Source: Rhizodiscina lignyota
Lineage: Eukaryota
Assembly: GCA_010015805.1 (NCBI GenBank)
Contig: ML978130.1
Location: forward strand, 248,001 to 312,000
Length of the DNA stretch: 64,000 bases
Direction of reading: 5' to 3'
Each line of letters begins with the position of its first letter. Position 1 is the first letter of the stretch. The position numbers were made by a program, and so were the translations under genes. Shown one piece after another: positions 38,248 through 48,566 of the stretch. The notes under the pieces were generated by a model, which was given only the letters and a program-made list of their open reading frames with translations, was not told where the DNA came from and did not search any database.

Positions 38248-39721
38248 ATGAACCTCTTCTCAGCTCTCTGGCTCTGCTTCGCTCTTCTCGTGGTACACGC
38301 TACGCCGAATCCTGTATCAGAGGCAAACCTGGATCCCGTTTTCATTCCTCTTCCGGCAAGAGATCTCGTGGCTCGACAAAACCTAGGCGGAATCCTCCAA
38401 CAGCTACTTGCAGCTGTTCTGAAGGCCATTGGCAAGTACCAACATGAACTCGATCTGCCGACATGTCTTACTGGTGTATCTCTCTCAAAGAGGCAGCCAG
38501 ACAGCGTTCCGGCATCTGAGGACCTTACAGATCTTGTACAGTCTGGGCAAGATGAACTTTACTATGGCCCTGTCCTCGTTGGAGCTAAGACCTCCAAGAC
38601 ATTTACCTGCGACTTTGATACCGGCTCTTCCGACCTCGATATACCTGGCCCTGATTGCACACCCGCGAATGGCTGTCCTGAAGCACAAAACCTGAAATAC
38701 GATAATTCAGGAACCAGTGCCGGCAACAGTACATCGGTCACGTATGGCCCAGGAATGGTTACAGGCGACAATTACATTGACACAGTCTGCGTGGCCGGCC
38801 TGTGTGCGCCAAATACAGGTTTTGTCTCCCTCAATATGTCATCCGGCATCGATCAGAATCCTCCCACCTGCTTGATGGGCATGGGCTTTCCGGAAATTGC
38901 GCAATCTGGACTTCCCCCATTTTTCAACAATCTGATCAATCAAGGCCACCTCGATGATAACTCGAAGGAGTTTTCTTTCTGTCTCGGTCGCGCGGCGAGC
39001 AACACTCAGGGGAAGAGCAAGCTGACTCTCGGTGGCCGAGACACCAACTCGTTCAAAGGGGAAGTTACTGAAGTCCCAGTGACAAAGCGAGGCTATTGGA
39101 AAGTGCAAGTCGACGGAATGCGGGTCAACAACGGTACCATTTTACTTCCAACAATTGCCGAGGCGCTCTCTAAGGCCGACGGTGCCATCGACACTGGAAC
39201 AACTATCATCTTGGCTCCGTATGCTGCAGCTCAGGGCATCGCAGCAGCTATTCCAGGAGCCATACCTATCGCTTTGCCATTAGGGCTGACCGGGGGAGTA
39301 GGAAATGCAATGATTTTGTTCATCGTTTTGTTTTTTCCATTGACCGCACAAATCCCCGAGAGCTAATGCAGTCACAGCATACCCTTGCAATACAGATGCA
39401 ACTGTATCGATGGTCTTCAATGGCAAACCCTTTGAAATCAATCCGCTCGATCTCAGTTTCGGGCAGCTGACCGGAAGTATCGGGCAATGCTTCACGAGCA
39501 ATGGGATTTTCAGCAGCACTATCTTGAAGCTTCTAAGCTCTCTTTTTGATGGCAAGAAGGGATTTCCTTACTGCGTGGCGTCCATTGCGGGTGCGTCCAT
39601 CACGGGCGTTCAGCCGTTCTACGTTGTCGGGGACACATTTTTGAAGAATTGGTATTCCATCTTCAATCAAGACAATCCAGCGGCACCGTATGTTGGGTTT
39701 GCTGAAGCGAATTGCCAGTGA
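38248..39721 (+). CDS. Secreted pepsin-like aspartic protease (A1); splice donor looks defective
   Basis: Signal peptide; FDTGSS and IDTGTT catalytic motifs; C-terminal VVGDTFLKNWYSIF...VGFA in a separate exon. Confidence 0.88.
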
Positions 39722-40854
39722 GTTGCGGGAATGTGAGACGCTCATTTATGATTGACTTCAATGATAAAGGCATAATGATTTGATCAGGTTAGAAAGACAC
39801 GCTCAAGCAGAGCCGAGGTAGAAGCATATGTCTAGTGACGCATATTAGAGAAAGTGAAATTGATGGTGACTCAAACGTGGCTCTTAAGGACGTGTATACA
39901 GTGTCACTGTTAGCAACAACGGGTCCGCCGACGGAGCGGCTGCTCTCGCTCGCTCGCGGTTCCCGGCGACCAAAGCAAATAGACGCGCAGGCCGACTGCG
40001 ATGCGGCCAGTAGCTCCCATTGAGAGCTCCTTTGCCCGTCTGGCTCCTCGACCAATCTGGGCTCCTCTGGCGCTGGGCTTCTCTGCCCGTCCGTCGTCCG
40101 GGCTCTCTCATGTGCGAGACTATATTTGGCCATCTCTGTATAAAATGCTGGCTTAACTTTGCAAGAAAATGCATTCCTCCTACGGCACGTTGAAGAACGC
40201 CTTCTCCTTTGCGCACACAGCTTTCTTTCATCCTCCTTTAGTTCAAAGGTTCTCTATTATATGCTTGACCAATCATACTCGATGAAATCCTGACAGTCCG
40301 ACTTTGTTCGCTCTGCGTCGTTCGATCGGTTTCGCACGGATTTTGCTTGCAGCTTTCGATACACTTAAGTTCTTTTCATCTGGCTAATCTGATTCGTACT
40401 CGTACCTGGGAATTATATTTTTACTGTGCTAATTAATGCGGGTATACCAAGACTATGGTGATGGCACACGAACTATCGGGGATGAATGTTCCAAAAATGC
40501 TGGTTACATCCAAAAGATGTACACGTAATAAATACGACAGAGCGCTTCAGAACATCAAAGCACGCCGTGGACGTACACTGCTGTTAATCTTTTAGTATTG
40601 GCCATCTTTCAGGACAGCTGGCGGCTGAGCAACGCCGCATTGAAATCCAAATCCGCTTCGTTGAGCACATGGAATGGTTATCACAATATCTTTTATTAGG
40701 GAATCTATGAAGAGAATTGCTGCCTTGATCATTCCTATCCCCTTAAGTACCTCAACACCTGAGCTGAGCTGTTTTAATTGAAGTCTCTCAGCGAAACCGA
40801 CGAATTTCAGAATGACCCGATTCAATTGTCATTGGGAAAACATTGCCAAATCAA

Positions 40855-41643
40855 TCAATCAAGCTGTTCACCCGTTGCCATGGTGTCCATGAAATCGTCG
40901 ACGCTATTAAGCGCATCAGCGAAGGTCGACTCGTTATAGCTGGTGGGCCAGTTGAAGTCAGCGAGCTCATTAACAAAGGTGAACTCGTTGGCATCAGTGA
41001 GCCCAACGACGCCAGTAGGCCCATTGAAGTTAGCGAACCCGTTGATATCAGTGAACTCATCAACGCCATTAGGCCCATTGAAATGAGCGAACCCGTTGGT
41101 ATGAGCGAGCCCGTTGACATCAGTGAACTCATCGACACCGGTAGGCCCATTGAAATTAGCGAACCTGTTGGCATCAATGGGCCCGTTGATGCCAGGGAGC
41201 CCACCTGCATTGGTATGAAGCCCGGTGAGGTTGGTGGGTGCAATAAAATCTGGACTATCAGAGAGCCAACTTGGTTCAGCAGAGAGCCCCTGAATGGCCA
41301 ACTGGCCGCTGTTGACGGTAGCTTCGTTCATATTGGCAATACTGGTGTCGACTACATCGGGAATCGCCATCGCGAGTAAGCCGGAAGACGCTGATGAAGA
41401 TGTAATAGCATAGTGAACATCTCTCAGGTGCGACTTGAGCTTGTCCTTTCGCGAGAACGGACGTTTTTGGCCTGGGAAGCTTTCACTGCGACCGCAGCCA
41501 GAGACCATACACCAAAACAGTTCTGTTGGCTGGTGGATGGTGTTCTGATGGCGACGTAAGTCGGAAGCTCTTGTGAAGGTCTTCGCGCACTCTGGCCAAT
41601 CACAGCGGAATCGAGCGCCCTCTTGGCATCGGCTACATGACAC
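40855..41643 (-). CDS. C2H2 zinc-finger protein with hexapeptide-repeat C-terminus (5' exons unresolved)
   Basis: CDWPECAKTFTRASDLRRHQNTIH and CMVSGC...FSRKDKLKSHLRDVH. An upstream GTAAGC...TAG intron lies near 41632-41683. Confidence 0.8.
   Translation of the reverse strand: MSCSRCQEGARFRCDWPECAKTFTRASDLRRHQNTIHQPTELFWCMVSGCGRSESFPGQKRPFSRKDKLKSHLRDVHYAITSSSASSGLLAMAIPDVVDTSIANMNEATVNSGQLAIQGLSAEPSWLSDSPDFIAPTNLTGLHTNAGGLPGINGPIDANRFANFNGPTGVDEFTDVNGLAHTNGFAHFNGPNGVDEFTDINGFANFNGPTGVVGLTDANEFTFVNELADFNWPTSYNESTFADALNSVDDFMDTMATGEQLD
40885..41190 (-). repeat. Coding degenerate 18-bp (6-aa) tandem repeat, about 17 units
   Basis: INGPID ANRFAN FNGPTG VDEFTD VNGLAH TNGFAH FNGPNG VDEFTD INGFAN FNGPTG and so on. 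Confidence 0.85.
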
Positions 41644-42201
41644 GTCATCATAGTGGCCAGTGCGAGACAGGGCGGTGGCTTACCTATTATTCGAACAATG
41701 TATGACGGCCTGGGAACCTGTGGGCGAGTTTGAAGAGGCATACCTGCTTCTCGTTCAAAAAGATACTCACGGAGAGTCTCCGTCGTCGCCAAGCATGGAA
41801 ATGCCTTGCTCCAAATGCATTTCGGCAGGGATATTCGTGTAGGCCGCCATCAGGCAACGAAGGATAGTGTGACGAATTGAAGAGCTTGAAGAAAGTGACA
41901 GGTGTATGGGTCTACCTGTATCATTGACGAAGTCAGTGTGGGAGCGAGGTCCTCTTATGTTCTCACGCATTGAATTTGACCCCGGACACCCACTCTCTCT
42001 CTGTGTCCTAAGTCTTGGCCTCACTTTGCGCCCCCAATGTTGCCCATCCTTGTGCCAAGATCCAGATTCCACTTTCAGCTTTCAGCACGATACTTGAGAG
42101 GACTTGCGGCCGAGCGCGCAAGCTTCTATCGCTTTTTCCTCTGTTCTGCATGTTTCGGCCCTCTGAGCGTGAAGATTTCATCGGCCACTGAGCGTTCAGA
42201 A

Positions 42202-44152
42202 ATGGGTTCCAAAAGAGAGCATGCTCACGCCAACTACCACCCAAATAGTGAAGGCAGCGGACCTGTCAAGTGTGATAAATGTCGGAAGACCTTCGTTCGA
42301 CGGGGACAACTTAAGTGAGCGTTCTGTTATTTCCACTGTAAATTAGCAGCCACTGATCATTGGAAGCCGCCATTACAAAACTCATACCAAGCCATATCGC
42401 TGTAACGATTGTAGTAAAGGATTTGCACTGCAAACTGATCTCGAGCGACACAAGTCTAAACATGCAACTGTCAAATTGCGCTTTCACTGCAAAGTTTCTG
42501 GATGCAAATTTGAAGGGGCTTCGCGAAAAGATAATTTACGAAGACATATTCGGAACAGTCATGGAGGCGAAGCGGGCCTGGTGAATGGACTACAAGAGGA
42601 AGAGATCAGGGCGTTCTGCAACCAGGCGCTGTTAGAGCGTAAGCGGTTGATGGAAGCTTTGACTCTGCTCGTAGCGGCACAATTTGGGAATGACCGGATC
42701 CTGGGCTTGCTGATCGGCAATGGGATTGATGTTGAGATGGAATCCGATCAAGGAAAGACAGCCCTTCACATCGCCGCAGCGAAAGGCTACACGACCTCTG
42801 TGCAAATCCTGCTCGACGCTGGAGCCGACAGCGAGGCAAAAGACAATTGGAGCAATTTCGCACTCCACGAAGCAGCCCGGCTAGGGCATACTAGCGCTGT
42901 ACGATTACTTATTCAAAGAGGAGCCGCGCTCCAGGGTGTGAATGAGGATAGATACACTGCGCTACATCTTGCAGCTGCTGAGGGGCATATCACTGCCACG
43001 CGAATACTACTACAGAGTGGCTCAGAGCTCAATGCGAAATCGTATGCTGGGAGAACAGCATTACATCTAGCAATCCTGAAGGGACACAATGATGTTGCAA
43101 ATCTACTCTTAGATAATGGGGCGGACGCCGAATCAAAGACAAGCAGTGGCATAAAGCCGGTACATTTTGCGTTCAAGGCTGGGAACAAGGCATTAGTGGA
43201 GCGGCTCCTTCAAGGAACCATACGAGAGAGGGCGGCAATATTTAAAGACCCAGCATTCCTACGACTCGCGGCCAGAAATAGGAATAAAGATGTGCTGCAG
43301 CTGCTCCTCAAGAGCGGAGCGGATGTCAACGCAACGAGTAGAGACAGCCGGACTGCGCTTAAACAGGCCGTGCTAAGTGGTAACGAACCTGTCGTCCAAC
43401 TACTCCTTGAGAGCGGAGCGGACATCAACGCAGATAGCCATAGCGGGACAGCGCTACAACAGGCAGTGGCAGATGATAACGAACCCATCGTCCGGCTACT
43501 CCTTGAGAGTGGAGCGAACATCGACGCCGATAGCCATAGCGGGACAGCGCTACAACAGGCAGTAATAAATAATAACGAACATATTATCCGACTGCTCCTT
43601 GAGAGCGGAGCGGATATCAACGCAGATGGACGTAGGGGGACAGCGTTGCAAGAGGCAGTAACAGATGATAACGAACGTATTATCCAACTGCTCCTTGAGA
43701 GTGGGGCGGACGTCAACTCACATGATGAATACCTCGGGACTGCACTACAACAGGCAGTAACATCTAATAACGAACGTATCGTTCAACTACTCCTTGAGGG
43801 CGGAGCGGACGTCAACTTAAATAGAGGCTTCTTCGGGACTGCGCTTCAACAGGCAGTAACAAATAGTAACGAACGTGTCGTTCAACTACTCCTTGAGAAC
43901 GGAGCGGACGTCAACGTAGAGGGAAGACACCGCGGGACTGCACTACAACAGGCAGTAGAAAGGAGCAACGATCGTATCGTTCAACTACTCCTTGAGAGCG
44001 GAGAGAATGTCAATGCAAAGAGTAGAGATGAACAGACTACGCCGCTACAACTGGCAATAGCAAACGGTGACGAGTTTATCGTCCAGCTTCTCCTTAAGCG
44101 TGGAGCGAGCCTCACCTCAAATGGAGGATATGCCGAGACAGCGCTAGAGTAG
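42202..44152 (+). CDS. Three C2H2 zinc fingers fused to an ankyrin-repeat array (intron 42315-42366)
   Basis: Spliced N-terminus: CDKC...RHYKTH, CNDC...RHKSKH, CKVSGC...RHIRNSH. Then many TALH/TALQQA...LLESGADIN repeats. Confidence 0.9.
43300..44020 (+). repeat. Highly similar ~96-99 bp ankyrin-coding tandem repeats
   Basis: Recurrent ctccttgagagcggagcggac..caac..acagcgctacaacaggcagt units, including two near-identical gatagccatagcgggacagcgctacaacaggcagt copies. Confidence 0.88.
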
Positions 44153-44659
44153 CTTGACTAGACGGCGGAAATGGCCACGTCACACGGTCACCGTCGTAGA
44201 AGTCCTATTCGAGCGGGGAGCGGACATCGTGGAATTAGTGATGAAAGCTAAAAGATTTGCCATTGCTATGGCAGGCTCGGCACAGGTGTTGACGCCTTGG
44301 CATTTTTTGAAGTGTACGCGGTGATAGGGGATGAAATGTGACCGCCGGGTATGGACTTTTTCTCGATCGAACAAGTCCTCGAAGTTGTCGTGAAAATAGT
44401 CAGGAAGTATTATCGTAACAGAAGGTTGAGGTCCTCCCGAGTGCTCCTTACCTGCTTATCGTACTCTATGTGTCTACCCATGTCCATGCCAGGACAGATC
44501 TTACTTATCGATAAGCGCACGTGATTGTCAAATTCTTAGCCACTTCTCCATGCTCTGAAAAGTCCGGCGACATTTTCTCCTCTCGACGACAAGAAAGTCG
44601 CATAGTGCGGATGATCTTCACATTCTATTTTCATAAGTGTGTGTGCTGTGGGTCGACAG

Positions 44660-46492
44660 ATGGGACCAGAGATACCTCTTCCACTTCCAGCGGACTTCAA
44701 GTCCACTGAAGTGTTCGTTGAATCTCTTCTTCACTTCGGAACCACGTCAACTCTTCTCAAGATCCTTTGTGGTGGAGTGCATATCTTGGACTTTTTCACG
44801 AGGAGCCCAGATGTGTATGAAACTGTGTTTCCGGAACGATGGCGGCAGTGGTTCAAGAGCAGGAATATCATGGATATTCTAGACTTTCTCTTGAGAGAAG
44901 ACCTCAACAACGTACCTCAGAATGATGCTTCAATCCATTCAAGCAATTTCTCAATTTGTAACCAGTGGCGTGGCAGTTCGCCTCCACCTCAGGACTTAGT
45001 TGAGTATGTTCGGAGCGTCCGCAAACATTGCTTGAGCAGAGATTTTCCATCAGAGGGCGTTGAAGGACGCACAACGGAACTAGAAATCGCTCGACATGTG
45101 ACTATAGGCATGAAACAGAAGAAGATCCACGAGGTCGCCAACTTCGCTCGCTACATTGACAGGCTGGTAGCAGATATCGAGGCGTCTCAAGAGCAGTATA
45201 TTTCTCACCTCGTCGACTTTGGATCAGGACAGAACTATCTGGGCCGTGCCTTGTCCACGAGTCCTTACAGCAGGAGTATTATTGCCATCGAAAGCAGAGA
45301 ACATAATATCCAAGGCGCCCGAGACAAAGATGTTCTCGCCAAAATTGCAGATAAGCCAAAAATCTTCAGAAACAAGAAAGAATACAGAACCAGCTCGGTT
45401 CTGACCAGGTCGGAGGAGAAGAGAGCGCGTATTTTGGACAACAGTTCTGTTTCAGTGGAAAATCCCTATGCGAGTTCCGATGCTACGTCTTTAACCGATG
45501 ATGTCGCTGCTGATTCAAGTTGCTCCTACGATACGCCCAGCAAGATTCACAAGCAGGGCAATATGACCTACGTCGAGCACAGTATCAAGGATGGCAATTT
45601 GATCCCAGTCTTGGAGCAGGTCTTTGACGCCCCCGAAGCCCGCTCAAACACTTCCCTATTGACCCTCTCGCTTCATTCATGCGGCAATCTTTTGCATCAC
45701 GGCCTTCGAACTATCCTTAATCCCGAAGTCAGCGCCGTCGCACTCGTCGGGTGCTGTTATAATCTGATGACTGAACGTCTCGGCCTTCCATCTTTCAAAC
45801 TACCGGGTCTCCAACTCCGATCAAAGCATCCAAGAGTTGAAAAGACATCTTCAGCACGCGATCCGCATGGCTTCCCAATGTCACAGCGGCTGGTCGACTA
45901 CCAGTCGGATGGCATGACCGAACCGGGCGTGCGTTTAAACATCACTGCTCGGATGATGGCAGTTCAAGCACCAGCGAACTGGACCATGGAAGACAGTGAG
46001 ATGTTCTTCACGCGACATTTCTACCGCGCAGTCCTGCAACGCATTTTCATGGACTATGGAGTAGTAGCTCCTCCGGAAACCAATGAAACCGGAGGTACTC
46101 AGCCTGTGATCATTGGTTCACTACGCAAAGTGTGCTACTCCTCTTTCACTGCTTACGTGCGTGGGGCAATCGAGAAGCTTACAGGACCAAACTCTCCTTC
46201 ACCGAGTTTTCGAACCATCGTTGCAGAGAAACTCAGGTCTGACATTCTCACGGAAGAAGCCATCAACGAATACGAGAAACAATTTGCGCTACGAAAGCAC
46301 GATCTAGCAGTCTCATGGAGTCTCATGGCTTTCAGTGCTGGTGTCATCGAAAGTATGATTGTAGTGGATCGCTGGATTTGGCTGGTGGAGCAAGATGTAG
46401 TTGAGAAAGCCTGGGTTGAGCCAGTCTTCGATTACAAAGAGAGTCCAAGAAACCTAGTCGTGGTGGGAATCAAGAAGAGAAATTTCAGTTAA
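44660..46492 (+). CDS. METTL25/RRNAD1-like methyltransferase
   Basis: MKQKKIHEV, LVDFGSGQNYLG, SLHSCGNL, VGCCYN and ESPRNL motifs. Intronless. Confidence 0.85.
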   Translation: MGPEIPLPLPADFKSTEVFVESLLHFGTTSTLLKILCGGVHILDFFTRSPDVYETVFPERWRQWFKSRNIMDILDFLLREDLNNVPQNDASIHSSNFSICNQWRGSSPPPQDLVEYVRSVRKHCLSRDFPSEGVEGRTTELEIARHVTIGMKQKKIHEVANFARYIDRLVADIEASQEQYISHLVDFGSGQNYLGRALSTSPYSRSIIAIESREHNIQGARDKDVLAKIADKPKIFRNKKEYRTSSVLTRSEEKRARILDNSSVSVENPYASSDATSLTDDVAADSSCSYDTPSKIHKQGNMTYVEHSIKDGNLIPVLEQVFDAPEARSNTSLLTLSLHSCGNLLHHGLRTILNPEVSAVALVGCCYNLMTERLGLPSFKLPGLQLRSKHPRVEKTSSARDPHGFPMSQRLVDYQSDGMTEPGVRLNITARMMAVQAPANWTMEDSEMFFTRHFYRAVLQRIFMDYGVVAPPETNETGGTQPVIIGSLRKVCYSSFTAYVRGAIEKLTGPNSPSPSFRTIVAEKLRSDILTEEAINEYEKQFALRKHDLAVSWSLMAFSAGVIESMIVVDRWIWLVEQDVVEKAWVEPVFDYKESPRNLVVVGIKKRNFS

Positions 46493-46536
46493 GGCAAAGA
46501 ATGTGTGGATTCAACATTTTCAATATCCAGTCATTC

Positions 46537-47295
46537 TCAGCTAGTGGCACTCGCCTCTGCCAACGCTGTAGCTCCGGCCAATACCGTATGGATACCCATG
46601 AGACTGGCCAGGTTGTACACTTCCATGATCTCACTCGGCGTCGCGCCATACCTGAGTGCGTTGCGGATGTGCGTCTTCAAGCCCGGCGCATACAGATGCG
46701 TGCACGCGCAATCTATAGCGCAGTACATGAGCTCCTTGGTCTTCGCGTCCAGAAAATTCCTATCCGACCGGAATGGCACTGAGGAGAACTCGGTATATGC
46801 TTCGAAGAACAACGGATCGAGTCTCAGGATGGTCTCCCAGTGCGGCGACCAATAGCCTCGCTTTGCCGAGAAATCTGCTTTCAGATGTTGTTGTCGCTCG
46901 TCGAGGGGATCCACCTGCGCACTAACACCAGTCTCCTGCAGAACTTCCATGAGACATGGGACACCGACACTTGTAGCGTGGACTCCGAGGACGGAACTAA
47001 GTTCTAGGGTCTCCATGATTTCTTGTCGGGTGGCTCCTGCTGCAAGAGCGGCGGCGGTGTGAGCTCTGATTCCCGGCTCATACAATGTCGTAGTCGAGGC
47101 ATTTACCGCTAAGAGAACCAGTTCTTGGGTCTTATACGGGAGAGTCTTCTTGTTCATTGGAACGGACCGAAGTTTAAGATATGCGGCAAAGTAGACTGGG
47201 TCCGCTTGGAGGATAGTCTCCCATGCTGGCCCCCAGATGCCCCCTTGGGCGACGAATGTTTCTTTCAAATTTGCGGCGTCGACATTTTGGGCCAT
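46537..47295 (-). CDS. Tandem carboxymuconolactone decarboxylase/AhpD-like protein
   Basis: Two homologous halves (W..ILxxDP.xFxAY; KTxEL; LYxPGxxxHxxxAL..GATxxEIME). Intronless. Confidence 0.85.
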   Translation of the reverse strand: MAQNVDAANLKETFVAQGGIWGPAWETILQADPVYFAAYLKLRSVPMNKKTLPYKTQELVLLAVNASTTTLYEPGIRAHTAAALAAGATRQEIMETLELSSVLGVHATSVGVPCLMEVLQETGVSAQVDPLDERQQHLKADFSAKRGYWSPHWETILRLDPLFFEAYTEFSSVPFRSDRNFLDAKTKELMYCAIDCACTHLYAPGLKTHIRNALRYGATPSEIMEVYNLASLMGIHTVLAGATALAEASATS

Positions 47296-47886
47296 TTTGA
47301 CTGAAATAGATGTGAAATAAGCTCAAACCAACAAACCTTTTCGCCACAATGTTCATGTTTTAAAGGGAGGCCACCGAGGTTGTACCCCGCCTACTTCCGT
47401 TCTCAAGCGGAGAATCATTGTGCGCAATTCAATCCCAACTCTGCCATGGACATTAATGACACAACCACAGCCGCGACAAATTCATTACTTTCTGACTTTA
47501 TCAAAGTGAGTCACTTCACGTTGACTGTTCTTATGCTCGCGAGCCAAGGTCGGGGCCCGATATCGGGATATCGCGGGTGGCGTCTGTGGCGTGACAGTCA
47601 CTCAATGTCAACGCCAGCAAGATCTCGTTCCGTTCTCACACGAGTGCTGCAATACGAAGCTCTTGGTCGCGCAATCAAATGAGAAATCATTCTAATATCA
47701 TGCAAATCTTCTGGTCATGTTGGACCACCTGATAGAAGCCATGACCCCTTTTCGCCGGCATCGGCGAGTTTATCAACGTTTAAGTATGAACTGTCCAGCT
47801 ACCCTCGACGAGTTTCTTTCATCATTCCGAACATTTCAACATCAATCAAACCTTCAAATTGTTCCTCATACAAGAATCATCTTGTA

Positions 47887-48566
47887 ATGACTACGCAACA
47901 ACTACCGCAACCGACAAATCCATCACACCATCACAGGGATGCGTTTTCAAGAGCTGCAATCGAGCACATCAATGGCTGGAACAGCTTGCTTTGGAACGAC
48001 TACCTGAACTGCGATGCCTTTGCCGCCGAAGCCATCATGCAGGCTGAAAGAGAAGAAATGGAGTACATCGATGCCCAGTGCGCGCAGTCTTTGAAAGACG
48101 CATATCCCGCATTCAAGGCTAGGGTATCTGAAGCTGCAAGAAAAGAGCAGACGATGTCATCAAAGGACATCGAAGGAAAGTGGCAAACGCCGACGGTCGA
48201 AGAACAGGGCGATAACAAGGTCCCTGCAAAACCGAGCGATTCGAAGCAGAACTCGACAGGTAATCCAATCCAATCAAACATTCGGCGCCTCAAACTAATT
48301 TGGATAAAGGTGACAAGCCCGACTACGCACGAGATTTCTCCGGCAGCGGATGGGTTCAGGAACAGCCCTTCGAGGTGGATCCCAAGGAAACGGCCGAAGA
48401 AAGGTGCTCAGCTTGCGGTAAAAAACACCATGAATGTCACTGCCGCAAACACTCGCTGATTCGTGAAGCTGGGAGCCCGAGGGAGGAAATCCACCTGAAT
48501 CTGAATCCCAGAAGAGGATCGCTGGAATACGAACGCCGGGACATGTACGATTTGTATAATCTGTGA
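47887..48566 (+). CDS. Hypothetical protein (intron 48260-48309), possibly truncated or a pseudogene
   Basis: A GTAATC...CTAAT...AAG intron joins ORFs 47887 and 48300. Cys/His cluster CSACGKKHHECHC. Confidence 0.45.

Noticed and set aside
40843..41379. Repetitive plus-strand ORF (VEVSEPVDISE...)
   Set aside because: Antisense reading of the hexapeptide repeat.
43300..44020. CRISPR-like regularly spaced repeats
   Set aside because: In-frame ankyrin-coding repeats in a eukaryote; no cas genes.
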